From an uncultured Verrucomicrobiae bacterium (lineage in GTDB: Bacteria > Verrucomicrobiota > Verrucomicrobiia > Limisphaerales > Palsa-1400), in assembly GCA_963764165.1 (NCBI GenBank), contig CAVXRD010000004.1, forward strand, positions 128,001 to 192,000: 64,000 nt of DNA, in the 5' to 3' direction. Positions 9,560-20,563 of the stretch are shown one piece after another. The translations under genes were made by a program, and so were the position numbers. How positions within the stretch are numbered: the first letter of the stretch is position 1; each line of letters begins with the position of its first letter. The notes below the pieces were generated by a model. That model did no database searches and had not been told where the DNA came from. It worked only from the letters and a program-made list of their open reading frames with translations.

Positions 9560-10992
9560 GCGGCCCCCTTTCCTTCAACGCAGCAGCGCTGGCAGGCTTT
9601 CCTCACAACGTTTCCAAAATTCAAAATAAACATCAGCGTGCCGAGTAAAATCAGAAGGTCGCCGATTACCACAAAACGCAAGGGAATGAGCGAGCCGCGC
9701 ATGACCTCCACAAAAGACCTGTTCGGATCCCGCAGCATGATCCCCTGCCCGATGCCTGCGACAACCATCGGAAAATACGAAAAAAGCACGCCCAAAAAAG
9801 TGAGCCAGAAATGCCCTGCCATCAGCTTCGCGCACCACGCTCTCCGGTCAAATCCAACGATCTGCGGCACGACGTAATAAAGCGCTCCGAAAACAGTCAT
9901 CGCGAAAAAGCCGTAGTGCATCAGATACTTTTGCGATGCGCCAAACCAGGTGAAATCCGTCAAGTTGCTGACATCCGGCAAAACGCCAACAATCTGCTGC
10001 AGGCCAGCGATGAACCAGAAAACGAGCCCGATATAGATGAAGCGCAAAGTTGGATCTCCATCCAAGTTCGTTGCGTCGCGCTTTGCCGTGCTATAAAGAT
10101 TTGTGACGATTGAAAGAATGGGCACAATCATCAGGATGGTCCCAATCATGCTGAAACCCGGCATCCAAGCAGGCACAGGCGCGCCGTTGGGAATGCCGCC
10201 GCAGCTTCCAAATAAAGCCAGCGTCCAAAATCCAAAAGCGGCCATGTAATGACTGGCCAGGGGGCGATTCAAAATTTTTGGAATGAAATAAAAGGTGAGC
10301 GCCAATCCGCCAAAGCCGAGAAACACCGTGTCGAAATTGCGGGCGTACCACCAAGCCGAAGTCGCCTGCAGAATCCCGCGGGCAGGAACCACTTGCAGCA
10401 CCATCATGGCCGTCGAAAAAATCCACGGAAACCAAAATAGGGCGCCAAGCACAAACCATTGCGACGGATAAAGCGGCGCGGCCTTTCTTGAGTGAAATGT
10501 CATCAACGCGCCAACTCCAACCATGCAGTAAGAAATGAACATCAGCCGCGTGCACCAGATTGGGATTTCAAAATAATCGTAGCCTGTCGAACGCCCGCAA
10601 AGAATGGCCGCCGCGCCAATCGCCACCGCCGAATGCCACAGAATGGCTCCGATGGTGATAATCCCCGGCAATGCCACCTGAGTCTTTCCCAACCGGCTCA
10701 ACAGCCAGATTCCGAGCCCGAGAACAGTCGGCACGCAAAATCCGTAAAGGAGCAAAGCACTTCCAGCCGCAACGACGCGTCCATAGGTAAGATAACTGAC
10801 GTCCGCCAGGAGTTTCGGGGCATGGAAATTAAGATCCGCCCGCATGGCGCAAACAAGCGCAAGAGCGAGCCAGACGGCGGCTCCGGCAAACAGAGCAAGC
10901 ATGCCCACCGGGCAAGACGCGTCGGCTTCGTTGATCTGCGCTTGCGGAGTGGCTGGCGATGATTTAGGCGCTTGGGTCACCTTCGCGCTCAT
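9556..10992 (-). CDS. cbb3-type oxidase subunit I (CcoN)-like protein lacking canonical His ligands
   Basis: About 12 TM helices with CcoN landmarks YLTYGR, LYPSQWF, WWYARN, YFIPK, TDFTW, YYVVP. Confidence 0.8.
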   Translation of the reverse strand: MSAKVTQAPKSSPATPQAQINEADASCPVGMLALFAGAAVWLALALVCAMRADLNFHAPKLLADVSYLTYGRVVAAGSALLLYGFCVPTVLGLGIWLLSRLGKTQVALPGIITIGAILWHSAVAIGAAAILCGRSTGYDYFEIPIWCTRLMFISYCMVGVGALMTFHSRKAAPLYPSQWFVLGALFWFPWIFSTAMMVLQVVPARGILQATSAWWYARNFDTVFLGFGGLALTFYFIPKILNRPLASHYMAAFGFWTLALFGSCGGIPNGAPVPAWMPGFSMIGTILMIVPILSIVTNLYSTAKRDATNLDGDPTLRFIYIGLVFWFIAGLQQIVGVLPDVSNLTDFTWFGASQKYLMHYGFFAMTVFGALYYVVPQIVGFDRRAWCAKLMAGHFWLTFLGVLFSYFPMVVAGIGQGIMLRDPNRSFVEVMRGSLIPLRFVVIGDLLILLGTLMFILNFGNVVRKACQRCCVEGKGAA

Positions 10993-11369
10993 TCAAATGG
11001 GTTCTTTTTGGGCGGCGGCGCCGGAGCGACCGCAAAGGCCTTGGCGGCGCGCTCCATCAGATTCGACCTGGCCGCCACCGGGTCCTTCGACCATTCCTCA
11101 AGCACCAATTCCTTGGCGCGCTCGATTGGAATTCGGACAAATCCCTTGGCTTCATCCTGCCAGGCGTACGTTTCGACCAAGGGCTGGTTGGCGGCCTTGA
11201 ATTCGGACATGATTTGCATGCGCTCCGCGCCCCGGGTGGCAGAGATTCCAGGGGCTTCCGTGTGCGCCTGCATCAAATGCGCAAGAAAACCGACGATCAA
11301 AAAAGTCCCCAGCAAGGCGACGACGTAAACGCCGCAGCTGGTTTTTTGGCAGGAAGGTTCTGAGTTCAT
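10989..11369 (-). CDS. Small single-TM ACIII-associated protein (ActG-like by position)
   Basis: One TM, YAWQDEAKGFVRIPIERAKELV; translationally coupled within the act operon. Confidence 0.65.
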   Translation of the reverse strand: MNSEPSCQKTSCGVYVVALLGTFLIVGFLAHLMQAHTEAPGISATRGAERMQIMSEFKAANQPLVETYAWQDEAKGFVRIPIERAKELVLEEWSKDPVAARSNLMERAAKAFAVAPAPPPKKNPFE

Positions 11370-12613
11370 TTGGCGCGATTCGGGGCGGTGGAAATGTCAC
11401 TATGCGGCGGAACGTAGATGCCGAGCGCTTCCGCCATGCGCGGATCGCGCAGCGGATAGACTGGATATTGCTTGATGGAGCGAATCACCATCAGCATCAG
11501 CACCCCGACATAAAGCGCAACGGCTGCCATGTCCACGAACAGCCCGGGAGCCAAAAACCTGGCTTCGCGGGTTTCACGGAATGCTGGCATGATTTGAAAT
11601 TCCAAGTCAACGAAGTGCATCATCCACGCCCAAACCATGAGCGGAATCATCGTGACGAGCTTTAGTTTGAAATCAATGCGGAGCAGCATCAGGAACGGGA
11701 CGAAAAAATGCCCAAAAATAATGACGTACTGGCCGACATATTTCCATTGTCCCTGTTCACGCAGCCAGAACCAGAACGTCTCTTCCGGCATGTTGGCGTT
11801 CCAGATGATGAAGTATTGCGAAAAATTAACGTAAGCCCAAAACACCGTGAAAGCGAAGAACAAGGTGCCGATCATGTAATACGTATTCTCGGTTACAATG
11901 TTTCGCAAAGCCGTCGTCCGCTGGAGGATCAGAGTTACCACGTAGACCGTCGGCAATGTCAGCCAAACCGACCCGGCAAAATAAGTCACGCCATACATCG
12001 TCGAATACCAATCGTTCATCAATCCTTTCATGAACAAAATGGCCGCGAACGTGAACGTAATGGCGAAGAGCACGATGCCGGTGCAGGCGAGATAACGCAT
12101 CCTGAAGGTCAGCGCGGCAGCGCCGGTCTCGTCCTGTTGCAAGGAAGCCGACCGAAGCTGGCGGGTCCAGACAAACCAGATCAGAAACAATATTGCTGAG
12201 GTGATATAGAACCCGGGAAGCGTAAACAGCGGCTTCTTCACCTCCAGAGAATGCGTCATGACCGTGGCAGTCATCCACGGATAAATCTGTTTTGCCAAAA
12301 TTGCCACCGGCAGAAAGAGAATCGCCAGGGTTGGGAACAAGAGGCACGCCAGATGTTCACAGAGCCGGCGCGTGGCAATCGACCAGCTCGCGTCAAACAA
12401 ATGATGCGCCATGGTCAGAAAAAATCCGCCCATCCCGAAGCTCAAACAGAACATGAAAGCCAGCAGGCACGAATACCCGACTTGCTTAGTGCCGCCCAGA
12501 GCAACTCCTGCTCCCACGCCAACCGCCCCAATGACAATCAGGATCACAGGAAGATTTTTCCATTTGGACAAATCCAACCCGGGTGCTGATGAAGTTGAAG
12601 AGTGTGAACCCAT
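11366..12613 (-). CDS. actF: Alternative complex III subunit F
   Basis: Multi-TM; HHLFDASW, WYSTMYG, FSQYFIIWNANMPEETFWF. Confidence 0.88.
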   Translation of the reverse strand: MGSHSSTSSAPGLDLSKWKNLPVILIVIGAVGVGAGVALGGTKQVGYSCLLAFMFCLSFGMGGFFLTMAHHLFDASWSIATRRLCEHLACLLFPTLAILFLPVAILAKQIYPWMTATVMTHSLEVKKPLFTLPGFYITSAILFLIWFVWTRQLRSASLQQDETGAAALTFRMRYLACTGIVLFAITFTFAAILFMKGLMNDWYSTMYGVTYFAGSVWLTLPTVYVVTLILQRTTALRNIVTENTYYMIGTLFFAFTVFWAYVNFSQYFIIWNANMPEETFWFWLREQGQWKYVGQYVIIFGHFFVPFLMLLRIDFKLKLVTMIPLMVWAWMMHFVDLEFQIMPAFRETREARFLAPGLFVDMAAVALYVGVLMLMVIRSIKQYPVYPLRDPRMAEALGIYVPPHSDISTAPNRAK

Positions 12614-12616
12614 ATT

Positions 12617-13282
12617 CTATTTCTTGAAAGGTGCGCGGTCTGGAGCCGGAACATCGTCCGGGGTCGCAAGCTGGCTGACTTGGAGCGCGCGAACATAGGC
12701 GATGATGGCCCAGCGGTCTTCGACCGTAACATTGGCACCATATGCGCCCATCAAATTCTTGCCGTAGGTAATCGTGTTAAAAATTTCGCCGTCGGTCATG
12801 TTGACCAGGCGGAGGTCATGGAAATTGGCCATGCCGATCATGCCGTATTTGCTGGTGATGCCTTTGCCGTCGCCGTCCGGACCGTGGCACGGCATGCAAT
12901 TAATCTGGAAGCGCTGCTGGCCGCGTTCCATCAATTGGCGTGTCATTGGCACGGGGCTGATCGGAATCCAATTCGTCGTGCCGGTGATTTTGCCGGTGGT
13001 CACCGGAGAATCCTCGTAAGCGTAAACGGGTTTGCCGTCGACTTTCACTTCTTCGCCACCGATGACGTAGGGACCGCCACGGGGAACGGTGCCAACAGGA
13101 ATCAGTCGCGAAGCGTGTTCGTCGGCGAAAAATTCGCTCGGCGTCTGGGGACGGACTTTGTTCTGCCGCACCATGTCCGGGAACAATTCAATGGGCGGTT
13201 TGCGCGACATGCTCCCGCGGAATCCGCAGATGGCCACCGTTCCAACAACCGACAGGACAAATAGCAAAAGGAAATAGCGCAT
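12617..13282 (-). CDS. actE: Alternative complex III monoheme cytochrome subunit E
   Basis: PDMVRQNK, GQQRFQINCMPCHG, DGEIFNTITYG, DRWAIIAYVRALQ. Confidence 0.88.
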   Translation of the reverse strand: MRYFLLLFVLSVVGTVAICGFRGSMSRKPPIELFPDMVRQNKVRPQTPSEFFADEHASRLIPVGTVPRGGPYVIGGEEVKVDGKPVYAYEDSPVTTGKITGTTNWIPISPVPMTRQLMERGQQRFQINCMPCHGPDGDGKGITSKYGMIGMANFHDLRLVNMTDGEIFNTITYGKNLMGAYGANVTVEDRWAIIAYVRALQVSQLATPDDVPAPDRAPFKK

Positions 13283-13812
13283 TATTCGTCCACCAGTTCG
13301 ATGTGCTTGCTGCCCGAATTTTCCAGGAGCCGGCGGGTTTCAGTTTCCGAATACTTGGGATCGGTTGATTCAATCACGAGGTAATAGCGATCATGCGTCG
13401 CGAGGGCAAAGCGGCGATTCTTCAAAAGCGGATGATGCAACTGCGGCAGGCGGTTCAAGAAGAGCATTCCCAGCAATGCGCCAAACGCGCCGAGCAAAAT
13501 CGTCAATTCATACGACGGCGGGAAGGCCGACATCGGGCTGAACATGGGCTTGCCGCCGATCACGATTGGATAATCGTGCTTGTTCATAAACCAGATCATC
13601 AGCATTCCTGTCGTATAACCGGTGCAGCCGCCGATGAACGAGAACCAGCCGACGATGGAATGCTTCAGTCCCATCGCGCGATCCATGCCGTGAATCGGAT
13701 ATGGCGTAAACACGTCCCAATGGCTGAAGCCTTTGTCGCGAACCTTTTCCGCAGCGTGCAAAATAGCCGCCGGGGTTTCGAACTCGGCCATGATGGCAAA
13801 CGGGGCCGGCAT
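13282..13812 (-). CDS. actD: Alternative complex III subunit D (DUF3341)
   Basis: WDVFTPYPIHGMD, DYPIVIGGKP, YELTIL. Confidence 0.9.
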   Translation of the reverse strand: MPAPFAIMAEFETPAAILHAAEKVRDKGFSHWDVFTPYPIHGMDRAMGLKHSIVGWFSFIGGCTGYTTGMLMIWFMNKHDYPIVIGGKPMFSPMSAFPPSYELTILLGAFGALLGMLFLNRLPQLHHPLLKNRRFALATHDRYYLVIESTDPKYSETETRRLLENSGSKHIELVDE

Positions 13813-15270
13813 CAGTGTCCTCCTCCAGGTTGGGCGCCGCCCAGCGGATGATGCGGGTCGGCCTGCGGTGTGACACCTTTGACTTCAGCGATGGCAATCA
13901 AAGGCACATACCGTATGAACAATAAGAACATTGTGAAAAATAATCCAAACGTTCCCAAATACTGGCAAATATCCACCCACGTCGGACTATAATAATTCCA
14001 GTTCGAGGGCAGGAATTCGCGGTGCAGCGAAATATCGACGATGACGAACCGCTCAAACCACATGCCGACGTTCACCAAGATGGACAGGACAAAGACAGCC
14101 AGCATCCAAGTGCGCACTTTCTTGAACCAGAAGAATTGCGGCACCACCACATTGCAGATAACCATCGTCCAGAAAGCCCACCAATATGGCGCGGGACGAA
14201 TGTGCATCAATGGCGCGATGATCCACGGATCGGCCGCGCGGGTCTGAAAGAACTGGAAGCGCTCATACGGATTGCCGCTATACCACGCGATGAAGAATTC
14301 CATCGCGTAGGCGTAACCGACGATTGAGCCAGTGGCCAAAGTGACTTTGCACATCAATTCCACATGGCGAACGCGGATAATATCTTCGAGATGCAGCATG
14401 CGGCGCAACGGCACCAGCAGCGTCAGCACCATGCCGAAGCCGGAATAGACAGCGCCCGCGACGAAGTAGGGCGGGAAGATGGTCGTATGCCAGCCGGGCA
14501 CCTGCGACACGGAGAAGTCCAGTGACACGATGGAATGCACGGACAAGCACCAGCGGAGTCGACAAGCCCGCGAGAATCAAATACGCCTTTTCGTAATTGC
14601 TCCAATGGCGGTTGCCGCCGCGCCAGCCGAGCGCAAACAGGCCGTAGGCAAATTTGCGGATTTTGGTTTTTGAACGATCACGCATGACCGCCAAGTCAGG
14701 AATCAATCCCATGTACCAGAACAGCACGGATACCGTGAAATAGGTTGAGACAGCGAACACGTCCCACATCAGCGGCGAGCGAAATTGCGGCCAGATGCTA
14801 TACGAGTTCGGAATCGGGAACAGCCACCAACCGAACCAGATGCGCCCAATGTGAATCAACGGGAAAATACCCGCGCACATGACGGCGAAAATGGTCATGG
14901 CTTCGGCGGCGCGATTGATCGAGGTGCGCCAGCGCTGGCGCAAGAGGAACAAAATGGCCGAAATCAGCGTCCCAGCGTGGCCGATGCCGATCCACCACAC
15001 GAAATTGACAATCGCCCAGCCCCACATGACCGGATGGCCAAGACCCCAGACGCCGACACCGGTCGACATCAAATAAAGAATCATCACGAAACAGCCTGTC
15101 ATCATCGTGGAGCTGATGGCGAAGCAGATTTTCCACCACGTCGGCAATTCCCCTTCGATCACTTCGGTGATTCGGTCGGAAAGCCATCCAATTCCACGCT
15201 GATGCCCAACCAACGGAACACGCTCCAATTCTCGCGGCGGCGGAAGCACTTTAATCGCGGCGTCGTCCAT
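13812..15270 (-). CDS. actC: Alternative complex III subunit C (NrfD family), one-base frameshift near 14544-14547
   Basis: [38 protein letters not shown] in one frame; [34 protein letters not shown] in the other. Confidence 0.88.
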
Positions 15271-18200
15271 TAGCGTTTTCCTTTCTCGGCGCTTTCAGCG
15301 CCCGCCTCTGGCTCCACTTCTTCGTTGTAATTGCCCTTGATGAATTCTTCGGTCGTATAGGGCAAGGAATGTTCTTTGTGATCGGGCATTTCCGGATTGA
15401 GGTTGCGCACCCTGGCCAAATAGGTCAAACGGGGCTTCGTCAGCAGGAATTCCAAGACGGTGTAGGTTCGTTCCTGCGCTTTGGCTTTTTGGACGCTGCT
15501 CTCAGGGTCGGAAATATCGCCGAAGACAATGGCCCCGGCGGGACATGCCTGCTGGCAGGCGACCTTGGGAATGGTGCCTTCCTTCTCTGACAAGCGAATA
15601 TGATCTGTGTCGCGCGCCTTGACCTTGGCCGCGATCTTGGCCTGCTCGAGGCGCTGCACGCAAAAGCTGCACTTCTCCATGACACCGCGCATGCGCACGG
15701 AGACGTCCGGATTCTTCACCAGCTTGGTCAATTGCCACTCGTCCTCGGGCAAATTGCCTTTGTCCGGGTTCTTGAGCCAGCGCATCAAATCCCATTCGCC
15801 TTCCGTTGCAGTGACCAGCGGGCTCCAATACAGCGAATCGTGTTTGACCGGGTGTCGGTTGTAATCGAAAAAATTAAAGCGGCGAACCTTGTACGGGCAG
15901 TTGTTGGAGCAATAACGCGTTCCAACGCACCGATTGTAAGTCATCACGTTCAAGCCTTCGTCATCGTGTGACGTGGCGTTGACGGGGCAAACACTCTCGC
16001 ATGGGGCTGATTCGCAATGCTGGCAAAGCATGGGCTGGGTGACAGCCTGCGGGTCTTCCATCGGACCGGCGTAATAGCGGTCCAGGCGAATCCAGTGCAT
16101 TTCGCGGCTCTTGCCAACCATTTCCTTGCCAACGATCGGGATATTATTCTCGCTCTGGCAGGCGATCATGCAAGCGGAACAGCCGACGCACTTGTTCAAG
16201 TCGATCGACATGCCCCACTGATGCAGGCCGTTTGCCTTGGTTGTATCCAGAGGGTTCGGGTAAAGGGGATTGGAGCCTCCAGGCGGCACTTCCGGACGCA
16301 TCTTCTTTGCGAAGTCCGGGTTCTTCTTATATTCATCGAGGCTCGTTTCGCGCACGACCGGACGACCGTCCATGGTCCAGTGGCTTTGCGTATTGGCGAG
16401 TTCGTAGCTGACGTCATTCGTATCGGCCACCGTTGCTCCCGAAGCGTAATAAAGAGTTTCCGACGTGCGAAGCTTGTAACAATTAAATCCGGTGCCGGTC
16501 CCTACCCTGCCCGTTTTCTCGCGACCCCAGCCAAGCGCCAGACCAACAGTATTGTCGGCCATGCCGGGCTGAATCCAGAGCGGCGCGGTGATGCTGTGAC
16601 CATTCAACGTCACGGTTACCTTGTAATTGAAAAACTTCTGGTTCTGCGCGTTTTTCTCAAGGAATTCACCCAGTTGCCTGGCGGTGTTGGGGCTGACGGC
16701 TTTTGCCGTCGTCGGACTAAGTATTATGGCGTTGTCCCAAGTGATCTTGGTGATCGGATCGGGTAATTCCTGCAGCCAGCCGTTGTTGCTGTTGCGCCCG
16801 TCATCCATTTTGGCGTCGCGGAAGAACACCACGTCCAATTTGTCTTTGGTTGGAGCGGAACCGGTTTTCAATTCACCGAGCGCGGATGTCAACGCAGCGG
16901 GATTGTGCTGAACCGAGGCCGTGGCGGATGCGCTGCCCGCAAGGAACCCGTCATGGAGAAATTTTTTCCAATTGTCTTCGCTGTCGCCGCCCATGCCGCG
17001 GAATGTTTCGCGAACAATTTCGTAGGGGCTGCTTGGCGCAACACCGGCAAGGACGGCCAAAACTTCAAGTTCCGTAATGCCGCCAAACAAAGGATCAATC
17101 AACGGCTGGACTGGAACTACGGTTCCGTCGGCCGTCCGGCCATCGCCCCACGATTCGAGATAATGTGCCAGTGGCAAATCCCAATGGGTTACAGCATGGC
17201 GTTTCTTTGTGTGCAATTCCGGTTTCGAATCAGCCCACGAGGTTTCGTCGACATAGTAACCCAGACGAACCACCGTCTGCGCGTTCAACTGAGCGTCGGT
17301 CCAATTGAGATCGACTGGCGCGTTGTAAGCCGGATTCCCCCCAAGAATCACCAGCGTCTGCACCTGTCCGGCGTTCAATGCCGTGACCAACTCCGACAAA
17401 GTCGCCTCCTTGGCGTCCGCTGTCTTGTAAAATTCAACAGTGTGGCCCACCGCGCCCAACGCATCGTTGATCGCGATAACGAGAAGATGCGCCGCCATCG
17501 GCAGACGATAGCCGCCCATGACAAGCCCTTTGCTTCCGCTTGCCTTAAGATCTTTCGCGCAGGAGTCAATCCATGGAGCGTGAGCTTTCGCTGGAGCCGC
17601 GAGTTCAGCCAATTTGGCGTCGCTCGATCCAAGCACTCCCATCGCCAATTGCGCCAGCACCGGCACAACCAAGCTCGGAGGAACGCGCAAGCGATGATCC
17701 GAATTCAAGCCGGTCAAAGTGAAAAGCCCCTCGACAGTATACAGGCGGCTCATCGAACCGTCTTTGCTGTCAAGGGTGCGGCCTTTGGCGAAATCGCGGA
17801 TGTTGGCGTAGGCGTTCTGCTCGCTGCCGATAAAATCGCAGTCAATCGAAACAATGACCTCCGCTTTGTCGATTTTGTAAAACGGCTCGACCGGGCTGCC
17901 GTAAGCGAGCGAGGCGGCTTTCGACGCGATGTCCAAGTCAATCGGTTCGTAAACGTGCCATTTCGAGGCGGGAAATTTCGAGGCAATCGCCTTCTGCAAT
18001 CGAGCGCGTGACGGGGAATCGTTCTGCTCGACAAGGAACGCCAATCCAGAACCATCGCCGAGCGATTTGCCCAAGCTTGCCAGCGCATCCAGCGCAACTT
18101 TCTTATCGACGCCCGAACCGTTCTTCAGGCAACGCATGGCGCGGTCCGGATCGTAAAGGCTCAACAGCGAGGCTTGCGCCAAATGGTCTGTGCCGCCATT

Positions 18201-18593
18201 GCTGCCCGGAAGATCAGGATTGCCCTCGATTTTTACCGGGCGGCCATCGGTGGATTTCACCACCAGCGGAATCGCTTTGCGGCGAGTCGTTATGGATGTT
18301 GCGAAATACTGCGGGACGCCGTGAACGTAGTTCTCGGGCATCTTCGCGAAAGGATAAATGTGCTCTACCGGACGGCGGCAGCCAGTGGCGCCCAATCCCG
18401 CCAGGAGGAACGAGGCCGACATGATCTTGACGAAATTGCGCCGGGAAACGGGATCGACAAATTCGCTGGCCCCGGAAGGGAACTCGCGTTCCACCCATTG
18501 GCGGAATTCCGGAGTATCCTGCAATTGCTCCAAGCTGCGCCAGTATTTCGGGCCAGTCTCGGGTTCAGGACAAATGGGCGGAATTGTTTTCAT
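15270..18593 (-). CDS. actB: Alternative complex III subunit B (TAT, molybdopterin-oxidoreductase-like plus Fe-S)
   Basis: [60 protein letters not shown]. Confidence 0.93.
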   Translation of the reverse strand: MKTIPPICPEPETGPKYWRSLEQLQDTPEFRQWVEREFPSGASEFVDPVSRRNFVKIMSASFLLAGLGATGCRRPVEHIYPFAKMPENYVHGVPQYFATSITTRRKAIPLVVKSTDGRPVKIEGNPDLPGSNGGTDHLAQASLLSLYDPDRAMRCLKNGSGVDKKVALDALASLGKSLGDGSGLAFLVEQNDSPSRARLQKAIASKFPASKWHVYEPIDLDIASKAASLAYGSPVEPFYKIDKAEVIVSIDCDFIGSEQNAYANIRDFAKGRTLDSKDGSMSRLYTVEGLFTLTGLNSDHRLRVPPSLVVPVLAQLAMGVLGSSDAKLAELAAPAKAHAPWIDSCAKDLKASGSKGLVMGGYRLPMAAHLLVIAINDALGAVGHTVEFYKTADAKEATLSELVTALNAGQVQTLVILGGNPAYNAPVDLNWTDAQLNAQTVVRLGYYVDETSWADSKPELHTKKRHAVTHWDLPLAHYLESWGDGRTADGTVVPVQPLIDPLFGGITELEVLAVLAGVAPSSPYEIVRETFRGMGGDSEDNWKKFLHDGFLAGSASATASVQHNPAALTSALGELKTGSAPTKDKLDVVFFRDAKMDDGRNSNNGWLQELPDPITKITWDNAIILSPTTAKAVSPNTARQLGEFLEKNAQNQKFFNYKVTVTLNGHSITAPLWIQPGMADNTVGLALGWGREKTGRVGTGTGFNCYKLRTSETLYYASGATVADTNDVSYELANTQSHWTMDGRPVVRETSLDEYKKNPDFAKKMRPEVPPGGSNPLYPNPLDTTKANGLHQWGMSIDLNKCVGCSACMIACQSENNIPIVGKEMVGKSREMHWIRLDRYYAGPMEDPQAVTQPMLCQHCESAPCESVCPVNATSHDDEGLNVMTYNRCVGTRYCSNNCPYKVRRFNFFDYNRHPVKHDSLYWSPLVTATEGEWDLMRWLKNPDKGNLPEDEWQLTKLVKNPDVSVRMRGVMEKCSFCVQRLEQAKIAAKVKARDTDHIRLSEKEGTIPKVACQQACPAGAIVFGDISDPESSVQKAKAQERTYTVLEFLLTKPRLTYLARVRNLNPEMPDHKEHSLPYTTEEFIKGNYNEEVEPEAGAESAEKGKR

Positions 18594-19258
18594 CGATGAC
18601 AGGTCGAGCAAGTTTGCAGCGATTGGACATGCCAGTGATTGACGATTTCGGTTCCCTTCTGCAATTGAACCTCAGCGACTTTGGACATATCGCTCGTCGG
18701 CTTCCAATCCAAGTCCGTGATTTTGTCGAGCGGGCGAACATGCGCCGCCGGGTCGCGGTGGCAATCAAGGCAGAACGTCATGCTGAACGGCTTGGCGTGA
18801 TACACTTCGTCCATGTTGTTGATCTGGCCGTGGCACTCGACACAACTGACGCCGCGGTTGACGTGGACGGAGTGATTGAAATAGGCGTAATCGGGCAGTT
18901 TGTGAATCTGCACCCATTCGATGGGTTTGCCGGTGGCCGCGCTTTCGCGGACAGGCGCGAGACGTGGATCGTCTTTCAGCACCTGATTGTGGCAGTTCAT
19001 GCAGACTGAAGTGGCCGGGATGTTGGAATACCAGGATTTTTCGACGCCGTTATGGCAATAGCGGCAATCGAGCCCCAACTGCTTGACGTGGACGCTGTGC
19101 GGGAACGCAACCGGCTGGATCGGCTGGTAGCCCACGCGCGTGTATTTGGGCGTGAAATAATATGTCACGCCGCCGGCCACGGCGGTGCCCATCAACAGCG
19201 CGCCAACAATGATTTGGCGCGGCAGCCGATTTGTCCACTTTGGAAAAATATCCGACAT
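18590..19258 (-). CDS. actA: Alternative complex III pentaheme cytochrome subunit A
   Basis: Five CxxCH motifs (CRYCH, CMNCH, CVECH, CLDCH, CSTCH); N-terminal TM; GYQPIQP. Confidence 0.93.
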   Translation of the reverse strand: MSDIFPKWTNRLPRQIIVGALLMGTAVAGGVTYYFTPKYTRVGYQPIQPVAFPHSVHVKQLGLDCRYCHNGVEKSWYSNIPATSVCMNCHNQVLKDDPRLAPVRESAATGKPIEWVQIHKLPDYAYFNHSVHVNRGVSCVECHGQINNMDEVYHAKPFSMTFCLDCHRDPAAHVRPLDKITDLDWKPTSDMSKVAEVQLQKGTEIVNHWHVQSLQTCSTCHR

Positions 19259-19467
19259 CTCAGTGCGTATCTTTCGTCGTCAACTGAACTTCCCAATAAA
19301 ACTGGCGGCGATTTTTCTTGCCGCGAGGCCGCTCGTCAACACATTTCGTGACACTACCGCAACGAACGGCATTAGCAAAACTTTCCGCAAATTCGGCGCA
19401 AAGATAAGCAATCCTTTTGAACCGTGGCATCTTAATTAAGGAGTTCCGCCCCCGCTGGCAAGAGACT

Positions 19468-19485
19468 TTGTGAAATTTTTCACGA
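19468..19485. promoter_or_regulatory. Rex-like or CRP-family palindromic operator upstream of actA
   Basis: TTGTGAAATTTTTCACGA: one mismatch to TTGTGAA-W4-TTCACAA, and also reads TGTGA-N6-TCACG. Confidence 0.6.
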
Positions 19486-19894
19486 ATTAGGCGGCTTTAA
19501 TCTTCGGCATTAGCGGCGATGAAAGCCACGCGGGCATTCTTGCCAGGCTGTCAGGCGCATATGGCTGCCCGCAACGGGCGCCAAACTGAAGGTGTCAGAC
19601 TAATTCTACTTTTGTTTCCGTGGTTTGGAAGGCCTCCATGCAACCTCTTTTTCCAAGGAAAAGCGGACGAGCGGAGACCGGTCCCCGCGAAATGTAACGG
19701 GTGTCACGGCTATTTGGAGATTATATGGCATGCGAGCACAGTTTGACACGCGCGGAAGAAGCCGGTTCTGGCAGAAGTTCTGCCGACGCGGCGTCAACCA
19801 TTTAATTAAGCTGCTCAATTGACGTCGGGCGAAAACCGTGAAATGTTAGTGGCGCGACACAAAACGCCCCCCAAGCTGAGCACGAAAGCATAAA

Positions 19895-20500
19895 ATGTTG
19901 TTTTGTAATTATTTGACGGCTCCAGACGGGCAGCGCTTCCGCGTGCGCCGCAAAAGGAACCGGGCGTTTTTCAATTGCCTCTGGCTGGTTTTTCCGCTTC
20001 TGCTGGCCGTCTCGTGCGGCACGGCCACGACGTTCCGGTCCGACGGCCAGCCGTCCCGATCACCCTCAAAACTTTACCGCGCCTATGTCTCAAACGGCCT
20101 CGATCATCTCGGCGAACCCGAAAAGCGCCTGGTCATTGTATCCGCTCGCAGCCAGGCAAGAATTTATGAGCAGGCCATCCAGCGGCGCCCGGAATTGGTC
20201 TGGTCGCCGGACGAGAACATGGTGGCCGTCATCGAGGGGCTGGAGGCCAACGAAAACAGAATTGTCGTCGTCCGTCTTCCCACCGGCGAGCGCGAAATGG
20301 AAGTGTCGCGAGACAACGCAAGGACGCTCGATTCCAAATCCCCTTCGGTGCAACTTTACAGTCATGTCTATTTTTCGAATGTGAAGTGGTCCAACCGCCG
20401 CCAATTCAGCGCGACGATTGACGCTTGCGATCCATTTTGGCCAAACGTGCCGGAGACAAGCACGGCGAGATGTGATTTTGTGGTGGGACAGCGCGAGTAG
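19895..20500 (+). CDS. Hypothetical lipoprotein
   Basis: Basic stretch, hydrophobic stretch and LAVSC lipobox; fills the intergenic gap. Confidence 0.55.
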   Translation: MLFCNYLTAPDGQRFRVRRKRNRAFFNCLWLVFPLLLAVSCGTATTFRSDGQPSRSPSKLYRAYVSNGLDHLGEPEKRLVIVSARSQARIYEQAIQRRPELVWSPDENMVAVIEGLEANENRIVVVRLPTGEREMEVSRDNARTLDSKSPSVQLYSHVYFSNVKWSNRRQFSATIDACDPFWPNVPETSTARCDFVVGQRE

Positions 20501-20517
20501 CGCGGAATGTTAGCAAA

Positions 20518-20541
20518 GCTCGGCAGGAGCCTCGCCCTGCC
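20518..20541. repeat. REP-like element (GGTAGGGCGAGACTCCGTCGAGC family variant)
   Basis: gctcggcaggagcctcgccctgcc between convergent genes; relatives at 26249-26272 and 28080-28103. Confidence 0.7.
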
Positions 20542-20563
20542 GATTTTTTGGGGCTGGCGAGCT

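Noticed and set aside
16905..18011. Long antisense ORFs (also 22363-23217, 49795-50751, 51999-52952)
   Set aside because: Shadow frames of well-supported genes in GC-rich DNA.
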